Below, in pieces: positions 26,553-42,577 of a stretch of DNA of 64,000 nucleotides (positions within the stretch are counted from its first letter, which is position 1; each line of letters opens with the position of its first letter). The stretch is from the human T2T-CHM13v2.0 reference genome, Homo sapiens. The position numbers and the translations under genes are program-made. Under the pieces are notes generated by a model that saw only the letters and a list, made by a program, of their open reading frames with translations, had not been told where the DNA came from and searched no databases. The stretch lies in NCBI RefSeq assembly GCF_009914755.1, contig NC_060933.1, one strand, 5' to 3'.

Positions 26553-29470
26553 ACTTCCTGAATACCTTTGTTAATTTTCTGCCTCAGTGATCTGCCCAAT
26601 ACTATGAGTGAAATGTGGAGGTCTCCCACTATTAATGCATGGGAGTCTAAGTCTCTTTGAAGGTCTCTAATAACTTGATTTATGAATCTGGGTGCTCCTG
26701 TGTGGGGTGCATATATATTTAGGATAGTTACGTCTTCTTGTTGAATTGAAGCTTTTTCCAATATGTCATGCCCTTCTTTCTCTTTTCTGATCTTTTTTTG
26801 GTTTAAAGTCTATTTTGTCTGAAATTAGGATTACATCTCCTGCTTTTTTCTGCTCTCCACTTGCTTGGTAGAGTGTTCTCCATCCCTATATTTTGAACCT
26901 ACGTGTGTCATTGTATGCTAGATGTGTCTTTGAAGACAGCATACCAATGCGTCTTGGTTCTTTATCCAGATTGCCACTCTATACTTTTTAATTGGGGCAT
27001 TTAGCCCATTTCCATTCAAGGTTAGTATGATATGTGTGGATTTGATCCTGTCACCATGATGTTAGCTTGTTTGTATGGTTTCTTTATAGTGTCACTGATC
27101 TGTGTCCTTAGGTGTGTTTTTGTAGTGGCTGGTAATGGTCTTTTCTTTCCATGTTTAGGGTTTTCTTCAGGAGCTCTTGTATGGTGGGTCTGTTTGTAAT
27201 GAATTCCCTCAGCATTTACTTGTCTGAAAAGGATCTTATTTATCCTTCACTTATGAAGCTTAGTCTAACCAGATATGAAATTCTTGGTTGGAATTTTTTC
27301 TTTAATAACGTCGAATGTTGAATATTGGCCCCCAATTTATTCTGGCTTGTAAGGTTTCTGCTGAGAGGTCTGTTGTTAGTCTGATAGGCTTCCCTTTGTA
27401 AGTGACCTAACCTTTCTCTCTAGCTGCCTTTAACATTTCTTTCTTTCATTTTGTCCTTGGAGAATCTGATAATTATATGTCTTTGAGATGATCTTGTGAA
27501 GTATATTACTGTGGTTCTCTGCATTTCCTAAATTTGAATGATGGCCTCTCTAGCTAGGTTGGGGAAGTTTTCATGGATGATATCGTGAAATATATATTCC
27601 AAGTTACTTCCATTCTTCCCATCTCCTTCAGGGACACCACTGAGTTGTAAATTTCGTTTCTTTACGTAATACAATATGCCTGAGAGGTTTTGTTTCTTCC
27701 CTTTTGTTCTTTTTTTCTTGATTCTTTTCTGACTGTCTCATATTAAAAAACCAGCCTTCAAGCTCTGAGACTCTTTACTCAGCTTTGTCTGTAATACCTG
27801 TGATTGCATTATGAAATTCTTGTGTGCCTTTCAGCTCTAATCAGGTCTGTTATGTTATTTTCTATACTAGCTAATTTTTCTGTGAGCTCCTGTATGATTT
27901 TACTGTGATTCTTAGCTTCCTTGGATTGAGTTTCAACATACTCTTGCATTTTAATGATCTTCATTTCTATCCAGATTTGAATTCTATTTCTGTCATTTCA
28001 GCCATCTCAGCCTGGTTCAGAGCCCTTGCTGGAGAGCTAGTACAGTAATTTGGAGGAAATAAGCCATGCTGGCTATTAGAGTTGTCAGTGTTCCTGCATT
28101 GGTTCTTTTTCATCTTTGTGGGCTGATGTTTCTTCAATCGTTGAAGTTGGTGTCCTTAGGATTCTTTTTTTTCTTTTCTGCTTGATGAACTCGAGGGTTT
28201 GATTGTGGTTGTGGTATAAGGTTGGTTCAGTTAACTGGCTTTATTTCTGGAAGATTTTAGAGGGCCAAGGCTCAGCTCCCAACTCCTAGACTATGTGCTC
28301 TAACACTGTGGAACTAGTAACCGGAGGGATCTTGTTCTCTGGCTCTTTGAGGTTAGGAATCCACTGTGCGGAGGTTCCTAGACCAAAGGCAGCAGCAGCA
28401 CAGGGATATGCACGCGCCTCAGCTGCAGCTGAGGCAGAGGGTGGCGGGGGAGGGGACTAGAGCCCCCTGCTGGTGACTATGTGTGTGGTCACTCTGGTGG
28501 TTGTGTTAGCACGGGGGTGGGGCGCTGGCGGGCACAGGTCTGTGTGTGCCCTCTGCTCTGTGTAGGGGAAGGTCCATTGTTTTCCATGCCTAGTTTTCAC
28601 TCCATAAGCAGTGCTGGCTCGGGCTGGACGCTGGTGGGGTGGGGTTGGTGGGCTCTTTGCCAGGCGAGGCTCCTACTACAATGGCTTTATGATGTGTGCT
28701 GGGGGTGGGATGGAATGCACTCACTCCAGCAGCAGTGGCAGGACAGGGTACACACCTACATGGCGTTGGTGAGGCAGGGAAAACAATATCCATCTGCAGG
28801 TACACCCACCCCAAAAGTGATGTGAGCAGTGGCTGTGGGCCTGGAAGGAAGCTGCAGTGGGGGAACGAAGCAAGCAGACTGGTGCCTGTCCCTGGGGTCT
28901 GTTAAGCTGGAGCTCTCTGCCAGTCAGGCATGGTAAGCTAGAGTGTAGGAACTATGATGTGGACCCCCAGAGCACCCGAGGCTGCACTGCAAGGGAGTCC
29001 CAGGAGAGTTCATTAGGCCAAGGGGAGTTTAGGTCGAATGGCCCAGTGCAATGGACAAGAGCACCTGCAGAGTTCAGGTCACACTGTTCCCCTAAAACTA
29101 AAGTCTCCTATGGGAGCAAGTTGAGCCTAGGGGCATGGGTGTCCTTGGCCATGCTTCACTACAGACGGTCCTTCAATGAACCCTCTGGGCTCCACAGTTA
29201 CAGGAGTACTGCCCCTACCACTTCTCTAATCAGCTCTTTCTGTCTGTGGTGGTTGAGGGGTCTCCTCCTGCCAGGGTTCCAGAGACTTGTAGCTGGAGCA
29301 GGTTGCTCCTTGCTAGTTCAACTAACCCATTTCCCTGAAGCTGTTGGGAGCCAGAAAGGAATCCTTGGGCATGGTAATCCTGTGCAGAATTTTCAGCTTC
29401 TTCCCCCTTCAGCCCAGCTTCTGTATCTTCCCTCTGTTCATTCTCAGTGCCTTTCTCTCTCAAATCTATC
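26553..29470 (-). mobile_element. L1P4/L1PA15-16-type 5' portion (5'UTR, ORF1, start of ORF2); 3' part missing
   Basis: The minus ORF at 26531-26761, SIQQEDVTILNIYAPHTGAPRFI, is the EN domain. ORF1-like sequence 27000-28150; GC-richer 5'UTR 28300-29470. Confidence 0.85.
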
Positions 29471-31408
29471 CGCTGCAAAATCCCTTCACTAAAAGCTATA
29501 CGAATGCAATAGTCCAGCATTACATTACCTCTTACTTACTTCAAGTGTAATTGCTTCTTAACTAGCTGGTCTTGCTGTTTACTCATTTCTAGTACATCAA
29601 TTTTAGATTAGTGTCCTTGAAATTTAAGGTCTGCCTATAATGAAATAGAAGATCATGTGATGTATAAAGATCAAAATTATTTAAAGACAAGAAGGTGTTC
29701 AATGAATGTGAGTTTGATGTGGATTAAAATGGCAAATAAGGGAGTAAGGAAAAGGGATTGGGGAGGGGGTTAAGGTAACTGATTCAAAAGTAAAGTTGTC
29801 TAATAAGTTGTTTGTCTATATTAACTAGAAAATAAGTGAATATTATCAGCCATAAATAAATACACACACAGATACACAAACACACACACTCAAACAGAAC
29901 CTTAGAGGGTGATAGTAAAGGGAGTGTCTCAAAGTTTCACAGGGAGTCGGTGAACAAATAAAACAATACAAATATTTTATATAAGGGCTTCCAGAGCCTT
30001 GGATTGTCAATGAAGAAAATATATTATCTAAGATGAAGATCTCTAGGGACTCCTTGTATTGAATGTTCACGGTACACAGTAGTTGCTCCACCATTACAAC
30101 AATCTTAGCAGAGCAAACAGAAGGGTAAAAATAGAATAATGAATAGGTGGGAAGATAAATTGGGAAAAAAACAAAAAAAAATGAAGACTGGTTGTTTTGT
30201 ATGCAGGGATTTATTGTTTAAAGATTATGCATAAAGTCAACAGAAATGAAAGAAAAGTAAGACTGTAAGATGGGCTAGAAGGACTCCATACTCTCAGGGA
30301 GAAAGACAGTGTCACCTGGACAAAATCAGCTTCAAAGTTTTCACCCTCCTGTGCAGGTCCTTAAGTTATTCAGTTTCATGGTGACATGCATATAGTGAGT
30401 GCTCACATTGTTTAAGTGAGAAAATAAATAAATGACTATAGATGGGTAAATGGACAAGTTCTTCACTGTTTTAGTGAGGCACTATTGCTTATGCCTCCAT
30501 TCACTGAGCCCAAGATCTAACTTTCTGCTCCGTAGAGTGGGAAAAATAAATGAATTTCTCAAAGGAAAGTTTTCTATAATACGCTTGTTAAGAAATGTAA
30601 GGCCATTATCATAAAGTGAAGACCATCAAAAATACATAAATTTAAGACTAGCAGAGAAAAATATTGAAGTGTTTGAAGAAATATTAGATGAAATGACACT
30701 TGCACAGTGCCTACATAAATTTAAATCGTTTGTCATAGGATTCAGATGTTAGAACATATATTTTTAAAATGTTTTCTTTTTACAATATTATATGTCTATT
30801 ATTCTAATCATGGATATTAAAAAGTGATGTTAGCATATCTATTTTAATCTGAATTAATTTATGGCATTCTTAACATAAAGTTCCAAGTGAAATTCAAAAG
30901 CATCATTCTCTTTCGAGAAGAGATACATTGACATTCTAAATTTTCAGACATGTTATTATATGAATTTACCTATATAAAATTAGAGTATTGAACAATTACA
31001 AATTGAATATTAAATAAAAATATCATGTGGGATTTTCAGGTAAGGTAGAAATAACCTTTTTTGGTTAATTTATCAAGATATAGCTATAAATTTTCTCCAA
31101 TCCATTGTCCACGTATAAGCCTATTACAATGAGACAGAATTCTCTTTGTTTAGAATTTTTAAGTCTTTGGAATGGAATTGGTGATGGCATATCTTCGGAG
31201 AGCTTTGAAAAGATACTCTGATTTCTTAAATGCCCTTCTACTTCTGCTTTTGTTTATACTAACACCACCTATCTTCAAAACCAACTGAAGATTCACCTCT
31301 TCATAAACCTTCCCTTACACAATAGGCCTGTTAAAGTTAATAACCATTTCATTGTGGTTTCATTATGATTCCTCTGCAAATATCTTCCATTAACGGTGTG
31401 TACAATCC

Positions 31409-31925
31409 TTGGGATTTTGATAGGGATTTCATTAAATCTATAGATTGCATTGAGTAGTATGGTCTTTTCAACAATATTAAAATTTTTAATCCATGAACAC
31501 AGGATGCATTTCAATTTATTTGTTTCCACTTTAATCCATCAATACTTTGTAGCTTTCAGTACACAAGTTTTTACCTCCTTAGTTAATTTTATTCCTAGGT
31601 ATTTTACTCTTTTTGGTATTATTGGAAATGATGTTGTTTTTCAAATTTCCTTTTCAGATAGTTCATTGTTGATTAAGAAATGCAACTGATTTCTGTATGA
31701 TAATTTTGTATCCTGCAACTTCACTGAATTCATCTATTAGTTCTAACAGTATTTGGGTGGTTTCTATATATATGAGCATGTCATCCGCAAAAATGGATAA
31801 TTTTATTTCTTACTTTCTGATTTAGATGCTATGTATTTCTTTCTCTTGCCCTATTGCTCTGACTAGGCGTTCCAGTACTATATGGACTAGAAGTGATGAG
31901 AGTGAGCATTTTTACCTCATTCCTG
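31409..31925 (-). mobile_element. L1MA10/L1MB1-type, inverted RT segment
   Basis: Minus frame CSWI...AIYRFNEIPIKIP. It includes the reversed FADD region (tcatccgcaaa). Confidence 0.88.
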
Positions 31926-31929
31926 GAAA

Positions 31930-33782
<1,853 letters not shown>

Positions 33783-33789
33783 TGTGTGG

Positions 33790-34034
33790 TCATTCCTCAG
33801 TTTTTTTTCCTTGAGAATGGAAGCATTCATTCCTCAGGTGCCCACAAGAATTTCCCCTGGAATCAGATGAAGTCTCAATTGCACCTGCATTATAATTAAA
33901 AAATCTCTCTCTGACCAGTCCTGCTCTGCTCATTCCAGTATAAGAATTAATTAGTAAAGCACTCCCCAATAAAGTTTCTGCATGAAAAGGTCATAGTTTC
34001 AGAGTCTGTTTTCTGAGGAGCCTAATCCTAGATA
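33790..34034 (+). mobile_element. LTR16-like ERVL LTR, 3' part
   Basis: agcactccccaataaagtttctgcatg...tcagagtctgttttctgaggagcctaatcctagata. Confidence 0.65.
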
Positions 34035-37000
34035 GCTCCCTTTAAAACCAAAGCATCCAATAATCTTAGACAGCTGACAGAATGAGAAAGAGGTCTATTG
34101 TTTATCTAGACATTGTGATAAGTGATTTACCCACTTCATTTTCCCCATTACTCTTAATAAATCTGAGGTAAAGCTCTTCTAAAACACTAATTTCCAAAGA
34201 GTTATTCCTATATATAATTGATAGAGCATGGTTTCAGCCATTCCAGGCTATGGATTCATATGCAACAAAGAAGATTTTGTGTCATTTCTTAGACCTTTAA
34301 AACTAGGCATCCTCTTCTTCCTAGCAACTCTAGTTTATATGGAATGTTTTTAATCTTCTACATAAAACATGACTTTAATTAAAAATCCCTTGGTAAATCA
34401 GTTTATATTTTTTCTTGATAATCCCAGAAAACTTCTCTATCAGCATTCACATTCTGTGAGCACACTGCTGTGTACAATTAAACACACTTTCAAATTATGA
34501 AAACATAATTCTTTCCTATCTGAGCCTGGCTACTAACATTTTATCAGAGGTCCCCTTACCATATTTGGACTTTAATATTTTTCAACAAATTGATGGCCTT
34601 CTCATGAATTAACTTGAGAAAAAACAACATTGATGTTGATTTTCTAGTAATAATATTAAGCCTTTCAAGTAATAAAATTGAAATGGGCTGACATCATTAC
34701 ATGTTACTGAAAGTGCAACATTGCCTTTACTTTTTCTTTGATGAATTACAGTTATGTAGACACGTAACACCACAGCATTTTACATATTGTATGATTAATA
34801 GGTTGTTCTTCAAAGAGGTTGCTAATACTGAATACATTATACATGCCAATATGCCTTACGCACTGCCCTCTCACTTCTTTTACTTTTTTAATTATATTGT
34901 TTCATTTTTATAATCATTCTATGTCTATTTTTTACTAGCATTTACAGCTACCACTGAATTTATTAGATACAATGAAGTTAATAATGTTTGTGAAATTCCT
35001 CAAAACTAAGCACATATAGTAAATGTCTCAACAATGACATCATTGATTCTAGATTATGAATCCTGGTATGCTACACATTGTTTGAAAGCAAAACTGATGC
35101 ATTGTGCTGTGGAGTAGTGATTTGTTTTATTTCTGATAATTCAGAAGTTGAATTACTAAATTAGAAAAGCTTCTGTAGGAAGTCCTACTTCTGGTATGAG
35201 TGTATGAGGACCTCTGTGGAACCCCTCCCCAATGAAACTGCTAAAAATTACTAAAAATATAAGTCATTTAAGGTTTATTGAATTTTATGGAAAAAAATCT
35301 AAACATTTTTAAGATGAGAGAGACCCAGTGGTGTCTGAACTAATATCCATGCTCTCCCTTTGCCTTCTCACCTCAGCAACACAGAAAGTTCATTCAAGGG
35401 TAGAACAGCCAAGGCACAAGACTACTTTTCCCCCAGTCCAAGTAAGAGGAACATTTTCCTGATATAGGCAACATGTCAGTGTTTTTCATCTTTCCCCCAA
35501 CTTTCTGCTGCTGAGGCTAAGTTCTAGGTTAGTAAAGCCAAGAGGTGAGGGCTCTCTTCTTCTACCCTATTCCCATTTGTGAGATAGAGGCTTGCCGAAT
35601 ATATTGGGGTCTGATTGTCTTGCTTGGGCTCAAAGAATGGGGTTTCTATAACAGAAAGGCAAATCAGGGAGATCTGAGTTTGTTATGCTTTAAATTCACC
35701 AAGAGCTCAGTTTATAAAGTGGGAATTCCACCTCCAAAGAAGGGCACCAAGGTTTTGCTCCTAGAACCCGACCAGTAGTTCAGAGATTTTCCCCAGAGGT
35801 AGAAATAGAGACAAGCTGAGAACAGATAGCTCCCATTCCCTATGGTAAAATATTTGAACAGAGAGTTATGTCATAGAATGTGGGGAGGATGGATTCCTCT
35901 CACATTAGACTAATTAAAATATTTTGTCTCACCTAAGGCAAACAAAAATTAAACCACTGGAGAATGTTGGTTTAGGGCACAACTTTGAGACAGACCCACT
36001 AAAAGAGTGACATTTAATCATAAGATTATAGAAAACTGTTTCTCAGTCACAATTTACCGTGATATCAATGGGGATTCAGTATAGTAACAAAAGATTATAA
36101 AAGAAAGACCTGTCAGACAGAGATTCTCTCTGAAGTGTAGTACTTTCGGAAACACAAAGTCAAGAGTGGAGACCAAAATGAAATTAAGAAATTTGAAACC
36201 TTTTATACCTACAGTAATAGAAAACAATAAACTGACCTCTTAGCCAGGTTAACATAAACCTTCACACAAACACCTATTTACTTCGTACAAAATACCAGGC
36301 TTTCAACAAAAATTTATGAGACATGTTAAAAGACAAAAACTTTTTTTATAAACATAAAAATAGAAAGATAAAATCTGAAGAGACAGAGAAAGAATCATAC
36401 ACCAAATCAAATATGTTGGAATTATCAGGAGAGATTTAAAGCAATTACGATTAGTATGTTAAAGGCTCCAAAGGAAAAAAAAAAGTAGATAATATGGTAG
36501 AAGAGATGAGTAATATAAGCAGAGAGAGAAAACCCTAATAAATACTCAAAAGGAAATGCTAAAAATAATGTAAAGAAAATTAAAAAATCCTTCTGATTGG
36601 CTCATCAGCAGACTAGCCATGGCAAACAAAAAATAAGTTAGCTTGAAAGAGATCAACAGAAACTTTATAAACTTAAGTGCAAATTTAGAAAAAAGAATTT
36701 TATAAAGAAAATGTTTAAGAACTTTGCAGTAATTTCAAAAGGCACAATACATGTATAACTAGAAAAATAGCAAGAGAAGAAACAGCAAAAAGAAAAAAAT
36801 ACTTGAAGTAAAAATAATAATGGACAAGAATTTTCCAAAATTAATGATAGACATCTAACTACAAATTCAGGAAGCTCACAGACCACAAAGCAGGATAAAT
36901 AACAAAATATCTAAACCTATGTATATCATATCCAAACTGAAGAAAACTAAAAGCAAAGATAAAATTTTAAAAGAAGCCAGAGGAAAAAACCACCATATTA

Positions 37001-40000
37001 TAGAACAAAAATAATAAGAATTACTGTGGACTTTTTATCAAAACCAAGCAAAAATAAGAGTGAAATAAAATATGTGAAATGTTGAAAGAAAATCCTTTTT
37101 AAAAAACGCAAAATTCCATATGCAGAGAAGTTATCCTTCAAAAGTAAAAGAGAAATGAAAAATATTCTTATACAAACAAAAACTGAGAGAGTTCATCACC
37201 AGCAGAACTGCTTCAAAAGAAATGTTAGATGTTATTCAGGCAAAGTAGAATTATATAGGTCAGAAACTTGTATCTACATTAAAAAAGGCAGAGTATTGGG
37301 TAAGGAATAAATTAAATAGGTAGAACTGGAAATACTCTTTAATAATGTGTGCATAATGTGCATTATACAATATTGTGCAATTTGTAAGTGAAGTTAAATT
37401 GTGTTATGTAAACCCTAGGGAAAACACTGTTTTAAAAAATGCTATTGATATGCTAAGAGAGATTTATAAAACAAAATCACAAAGTACTCATTTAAAAAAA
37501 GAGAAGTCAGAAAAGCAGGGATATAAAAGAATAAATTCAACAAACATAAAAATGTTAAAACACAGTACATATGAATCCAACTGTATTTATAATGAGTATA
37601 AATGTGTTAAATACATGAATTAAAGACAAAGATTGAGTGGATAAATAACACCACCTAGAAATATGCTGTGTACACAAAAGCCCACTCTAAATATGAAGAC
37701 TTGGATAGGTTAAAATAAAGAGATGGAGAAATATAGACTGATAACTTCAATGAAAAGAAAGCTAGAATAACTGTTAATTTCAGACAAAACTAACTTCAGG
37801 ACAAAGAAAATTATCAGGAATAAACAGAGACTTTTATAATGAAGAAGGGGTTAATTCTTCAAGAAGGCATAACAGTCCTTAACATGCATGTGCCTAACAA
37901 CATCACCTTAAAAATGATATAGAACTTGAGAAAACTTTAAGGAGCAATACACAAATACATTATTACAATTGGAGAATGCAATAACCCTTTTTTAGTAATT
38001 GAAAGATCAAGCAGCCAGAAACTCAAGAAGGATGTGAATGAGCTGAATAGTAAAATCAATCTAATCAATTTAATTTACATTTATAGAATAAACATCATAA
38101 AACAGCAGAACACATATTATTCTCCAGCTCACATGAAATATTCACCAAGACAGAGCACATTATGTACCAAAAAGCACACATGAACAAATTCAAACAAAAA
38201 ATGATAGAAAGTATGCTCTAAGATGAAAATTGGCATAAATTAGAAATACATACAGGAAAGAAAGCTAGAAATCTCCCAAATATTGAAAATGAACAACATA
38301 CTTCTAAATAATATGTGGGTGAAGGAAAGCATCTCAATAAAAAACAAAAACTAAGACAAAATGAAAATTAATATTTGTGGGATGCACCAAAAGCAACACT
38401 AAATTTAAAGGGAAACTTATAGCATTAGATGGGTATATTATAAAAGAAGTTTTCTCTATCTCTCTACAGCCCTTCATCTTTCTCCCCTTTTCTCACTGTA
38501 TATCTCCCTTCTTCTGTTATGCAAAATAAAAAACCTGATAATAAGAATGATCTAATATCAATAACCTAAATTTCCACCATAGGACACTTGAGAAAAAGAG
38601 TAGCTTACTCCCAAACAAGGAGGGGAAAGAAATAAAACAATAAAGCAAAAATCAATTAAATTGAAAATAAGTAAACAATAAAGACAATCAATAAACTTGA
38701 CAAAAGTCATTTGCTTTCCTATGAAGTACTGAAACTTGGAATTTAAAAAATGCCATTTACAACAGCACCTAAAAAATAAATAGGTATAAATTTAACAAAA
38801 TATATAAAGAATCTAAGCGTGTAAAACTACAAAGCTGAGTAAGAAAATCAATGAAATTCAAATAAATAGAAAGATATTCCATGTTCATAGAATTTAGAAC
38901 TCAATATTTTAAGCTGTTAAATTTTCTCAGTGTGATTTATAGTTTTAATACAATCCCAATTAACTTCTAGCAAGCTGTTTTGTAGATACTGACAACTTGA
39001 TTCTAATGTTTATGGGAAAAAGCAAAAGCCCTAGAATAGCCAACATGACATTGAAGAATAAAGCTGGAGAACTCACACTACCCAATTTCAAAACTTAATA
39101 CAAAATCACAGTAATAAATGTTATTATTTTATATACATTAATGGAATAGAAAGGAGAGCCCAGAAATAGATTTGCACAAATATCATCAGGTAATCTAACA
39201 AAGGAGCAAGAGCAATTCAGTGAAGAAGGAATAAACTTTTCCACATATGCTGTTGGAACAATCAGACTGACCACATGTAAAAAAATAAACCTGCACACAA
39301 ACCTTAGATCCTCAATATGGATCACAGATCTAAAAGTAAAAAAACAAAGACATAAAACTTCTCTAAGGATAACATAGGAAAAACACATACCATATTTACC
39401 TTTGATAATGAGTTTTATATACAACATCAAAACACAATCCATAAAAAAATGGATGCGTAGGAGTTTATTGAATTTAAAACTTCTCTGTTAAAAAGAATAC
39501 AAAGAGAATGATATAGTAAGCCACACACTGGAAGAGAATATATGTGAAACACGTATTTGGTAAAAGACTTGTATCTAAAATTTTTGAAAAAGTGAAAAAA
39601 AAACACAACTTTTAAACACTTCTTAAGAAAACAAACCACCCAACCAATTAAATATGGACATATTTTAAAACAGACACCTCACCAGAAAAGACAGAAAGAG
39701 GGCAAATAAGCATATAAAAAAGATGTTCAGTCATTTGTTATTATAAATTAGTTGACACAAAAAATGAGTAACATTACTTTGAGAATGGCAAGAAATGTTA
39801 ATGTCATTTTCTGGGAGATATATCAAGCAGTAATAACACTCATTCATTGCTAGTAGGGATGCAAAATAATACTGCCACTTGGAAGACTATTTGGCAGATT
39901 TTTACAATGATATACATAGTTTTACCATATGACCAGCAACTGCACTTCTGGGTATTTACTCAACTAATTTGTAATGTTATTTCCACATACAAATCTGCGT

Positions 40001-40830
40001 GTGAAGGTTTACAGCAACTTTATTCATAATCATCCAAAACTGGAAGCACACAAAATTTCCTTCAGTAGAAGAACTGATAAATGTATTGTGGTATATCCAT
40101 ATAACGGTATATTATTTATTCATAAAAAGGAAACAGGAGGGTGTCAGATGTGATGACGGAATGCAGACTATGACAAGAGAATCTAACTGCATTATAAATG
40201 TATGACCAACCTCTCTTAAGGGGGTTGGGGGAGCAAGTTTCTAACAACTAAATTTGAAAATGAGAGGAGTCTATAAGACTAAAGGCAAAGCAAAACAAAC
40301 ATAGACGCTGCACTCTAATTTATAATGTTTTTTTGCACATGGTTAGGCTTCAACAATTCCAATACTTTTATTCATGTACTAGAATTGAATAATTAAATAA
40401 ATATATGTTTGATGACAGGAAACAAGTTTCTCACTGTTGAAGTGTTAAGGTCATATATCTAATCAAGGGAAATAGTGATATTTTTGATACAGTGACATCA
40501 GTAAGAATTCATGTTTAGCTTGATGTAAATATAGTCTTACAGATATTTATATATGTGTTATAGGTATGTATTATAGATTGGTGTAAGTATATAGGTTAGG
40601 ATATGCACATGCATTTCCTTGTACTGTCAGCTCAGAAGTTCTAGATTCAATGACATCTCATAGCAATGAGCAAACCTAGCACCTAGATCTTAGTTTCTAA
40701 TGTAATTCTCCAGTAATAGGAACTAGAGATCCTTGTCTAGACTATTCTAGGAATGAGGGAGAAAATATAAAAGATAATCTTGAATCATCTTGCATAATAG
40801 AAAGTAATAAAGTACTAATAAAACACACAC

Positions 40831-41176
40831 TGTTATGACCTGTATGTATCCTCTCCAAATTCATGTTGAAAGTTAATTGCTGATGTGCTGCTATTAAGAG
40901 GTGGGCCTTTAGTGGGTGATTAAGTCATGAAGGCAGAGCCTTCATGGGATTAGTGGCCTTATAAAAGAGGTGCAATGAGCTGTTCTCTCCTTCCACAGGG
41001 TAAGGACACAGCTACAAGGTGTCTCTTTGAGGCAGAGAGCAAGCTCATACCAGATGCTGAATATGTCAGCATCTTGATCTTGGATTTCCCAGCCTCCAGA
41101 ACTGTAAGGAGTATATTTCTGCTGTCCATAAATTTCCCAGATTAATATATTTGTTATAGCATCTCGAATGAGCTAA

Positions 41177-41180
<4 letters not shown>
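40831..41180 (+). mobile_element. MLT1A-type MaLR solo LTR
   Basis: TG...CA termini (tgttatgacc ... agctaagaca), internal cttgatcttggatttcccagcctccagaactgtaag, and 5-bp TSD cacac. Confidence 0.9.
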
Positions 41181-41240
<60 letters not shown>

Positions 41241-41263
41241 AAGAGAAAGAGAGAGAGAGAGAG
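41179..41263. repeat. Compound microsatellite (CA)21 plus (GA)n
   Basis: Read directly. Confidence 0.97.
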
Positions 41264-41485
41264 ACACGAAGAAACGTTACCTAATCAAAAGGAATTGCAC
41301 AATAAAACTTCGAACAAACCACTCTCCCCAGTGTCAAAGGAACACAAGATACAATCAAAAGCACTCCCAATGGCCAAAACTGAAACAATCTGAGACAGAA
41401 TAAAGTAGTTTTGGATTTTAACTCAAAGTCTAAAATAAATATTCACAAATTCATAAGTAACTGATTAAATACACAAATAATTGGG

Positions 41486-41532
41486 ATGTGTGTGTATGTG
41501 TGTATGTGTGTGTGTGTGTATGTGTTTGTGTA
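41486..41532. repeat. Interrupted (TG)n
   Basis: Read directly. Confidence 0.9.
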
Positions 41533-41961
41533 TATTTATATATAATTCAGGCTTGAGCCATATTAATAAGGAAATAGAATATTTTGTTTTTTCTTTTCAA
41601 TTAAGTTTAGGTGAAGAATGCCAAGGAGTAAGGAATGCCCAGTGATGGGTGGTAGAAGATAATATCTGAAGAAATATGATGAGATTAAACTTATTTTTCT
41701 TTATGATTTAGTAAAAGATTTTGAAGTCAAATTGGTACCTGAGGCATTGTAACAAGAAATCAAGACTAGTAAGATATTTGGGTGACAAGACACAATTTTA
41801 CTTATTTTGTCACAGCAACAAAGAATATTTTATCACTATTAATAGTAATTGTTTATTATGAACAATAAATCATAATAAAATAACATGGAACACTGTAATG
41901 CCCTTCACCTCCCCCTTCTCATACCTGAATGGCATATAATCATTTGTCTGGAGCTCATAAC

Positions 41962-42210
41962 TCAGAAGTCAGTAACTTAACAGCCTGTAGGCCAAATCAG
42001 CTAAGCTTTTGTTTTTCCTCCAAATGTTTTCTTTCCTTTCTTTTCCCTCCCTCCCTCCCTCCCTCCCTCCCTCCCTCCCTCCCTTCCTTCCTTCTCTCTC
42101 TGGTTCTTTCTATGGAATGTCAACATTTAAAATCCATTAAGATGTCTTAATAAACGAATGAATTTTTGCTTCTGGTTTCACACAGGAAACTGGAAGATAT
42201 AACAATTTAA
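41962..42210 (+). mobile_element. MER102-like hAT relic containing a (CCCT)n tract at about 42044-42090
   Basis: cagaagtcagtaacttaacagcctgtaggccaaatcag...tgtcaacatttaaaatcc. Confidence 0.5.
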
Positions 42211-42239
42211 ACATCCAACAAGCTCGCTCTTACTACTAC

Positions 42240-42335
42240 TTACTATTCTGTGGTCCACAGACCAATAGCAGCAGCAGCACCCGGGAACTTATTAGAAATT
42301 AAAACTTCTGCTTTTTACTTAGTTGTAGACCACTG
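42240..42335. mobile_element. MER5A fragment
   Basis: tgtggtccacagaccaatagcagcagcagcacccgggaacttattagaaat...gaccactgg. Confidence 0.7.
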
Positions 42336-42532
42336 GATAAAGTGCATAAGATATGCAATTAACTGAAGCCAAGCAATAATTCTCACCTATTAACATCAGC
42401 AAATAAAAAGTATAGTTAACTCTAACATGTAAAAAATAAAACTAGCAAGTAAAACCAAAAGAACTATTCTGGAAGCCAAGGAGCTTAAACATCTACGGAG
42501 AAAATTAAATTCAACCTCTTAGAGACAGGTCT

Positions 42533-42534
42533 TT

Positions 42535-42577
<43 letters not shown>
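42533..42577. repeat. (TTTA)n microsatellite
   Basis: Read directly. Confidence 0.95.

Larger units (their letters stand above)
35185..41485 (+). mobile_element. Old L1MC/L1MD-type element: 5'UTR, ORF1, EN, ~1.2-kb deletion at ~38697, 3' ORF2 and long 3' UTR; interrupted by MLT1A and microsatellites
   Basis: ORF1-like aattttaaaagaagccagagg and ttatccttcaaaagtaaaag; EN motif catgtgcctaacaac; 3' UTR gtgtcaaaggaacacaag...ctcccaatggccaaaactg. Boundaries are approximate. Confidence 0.8.

Noticed and set aside
28857-29492. Longest ORF (211 aa) and overlapping ORFs
   Set aside because: They lie antisense in the GC-richer 5'UTR of an old L1, where stop codons are rare. No recognisable domain.
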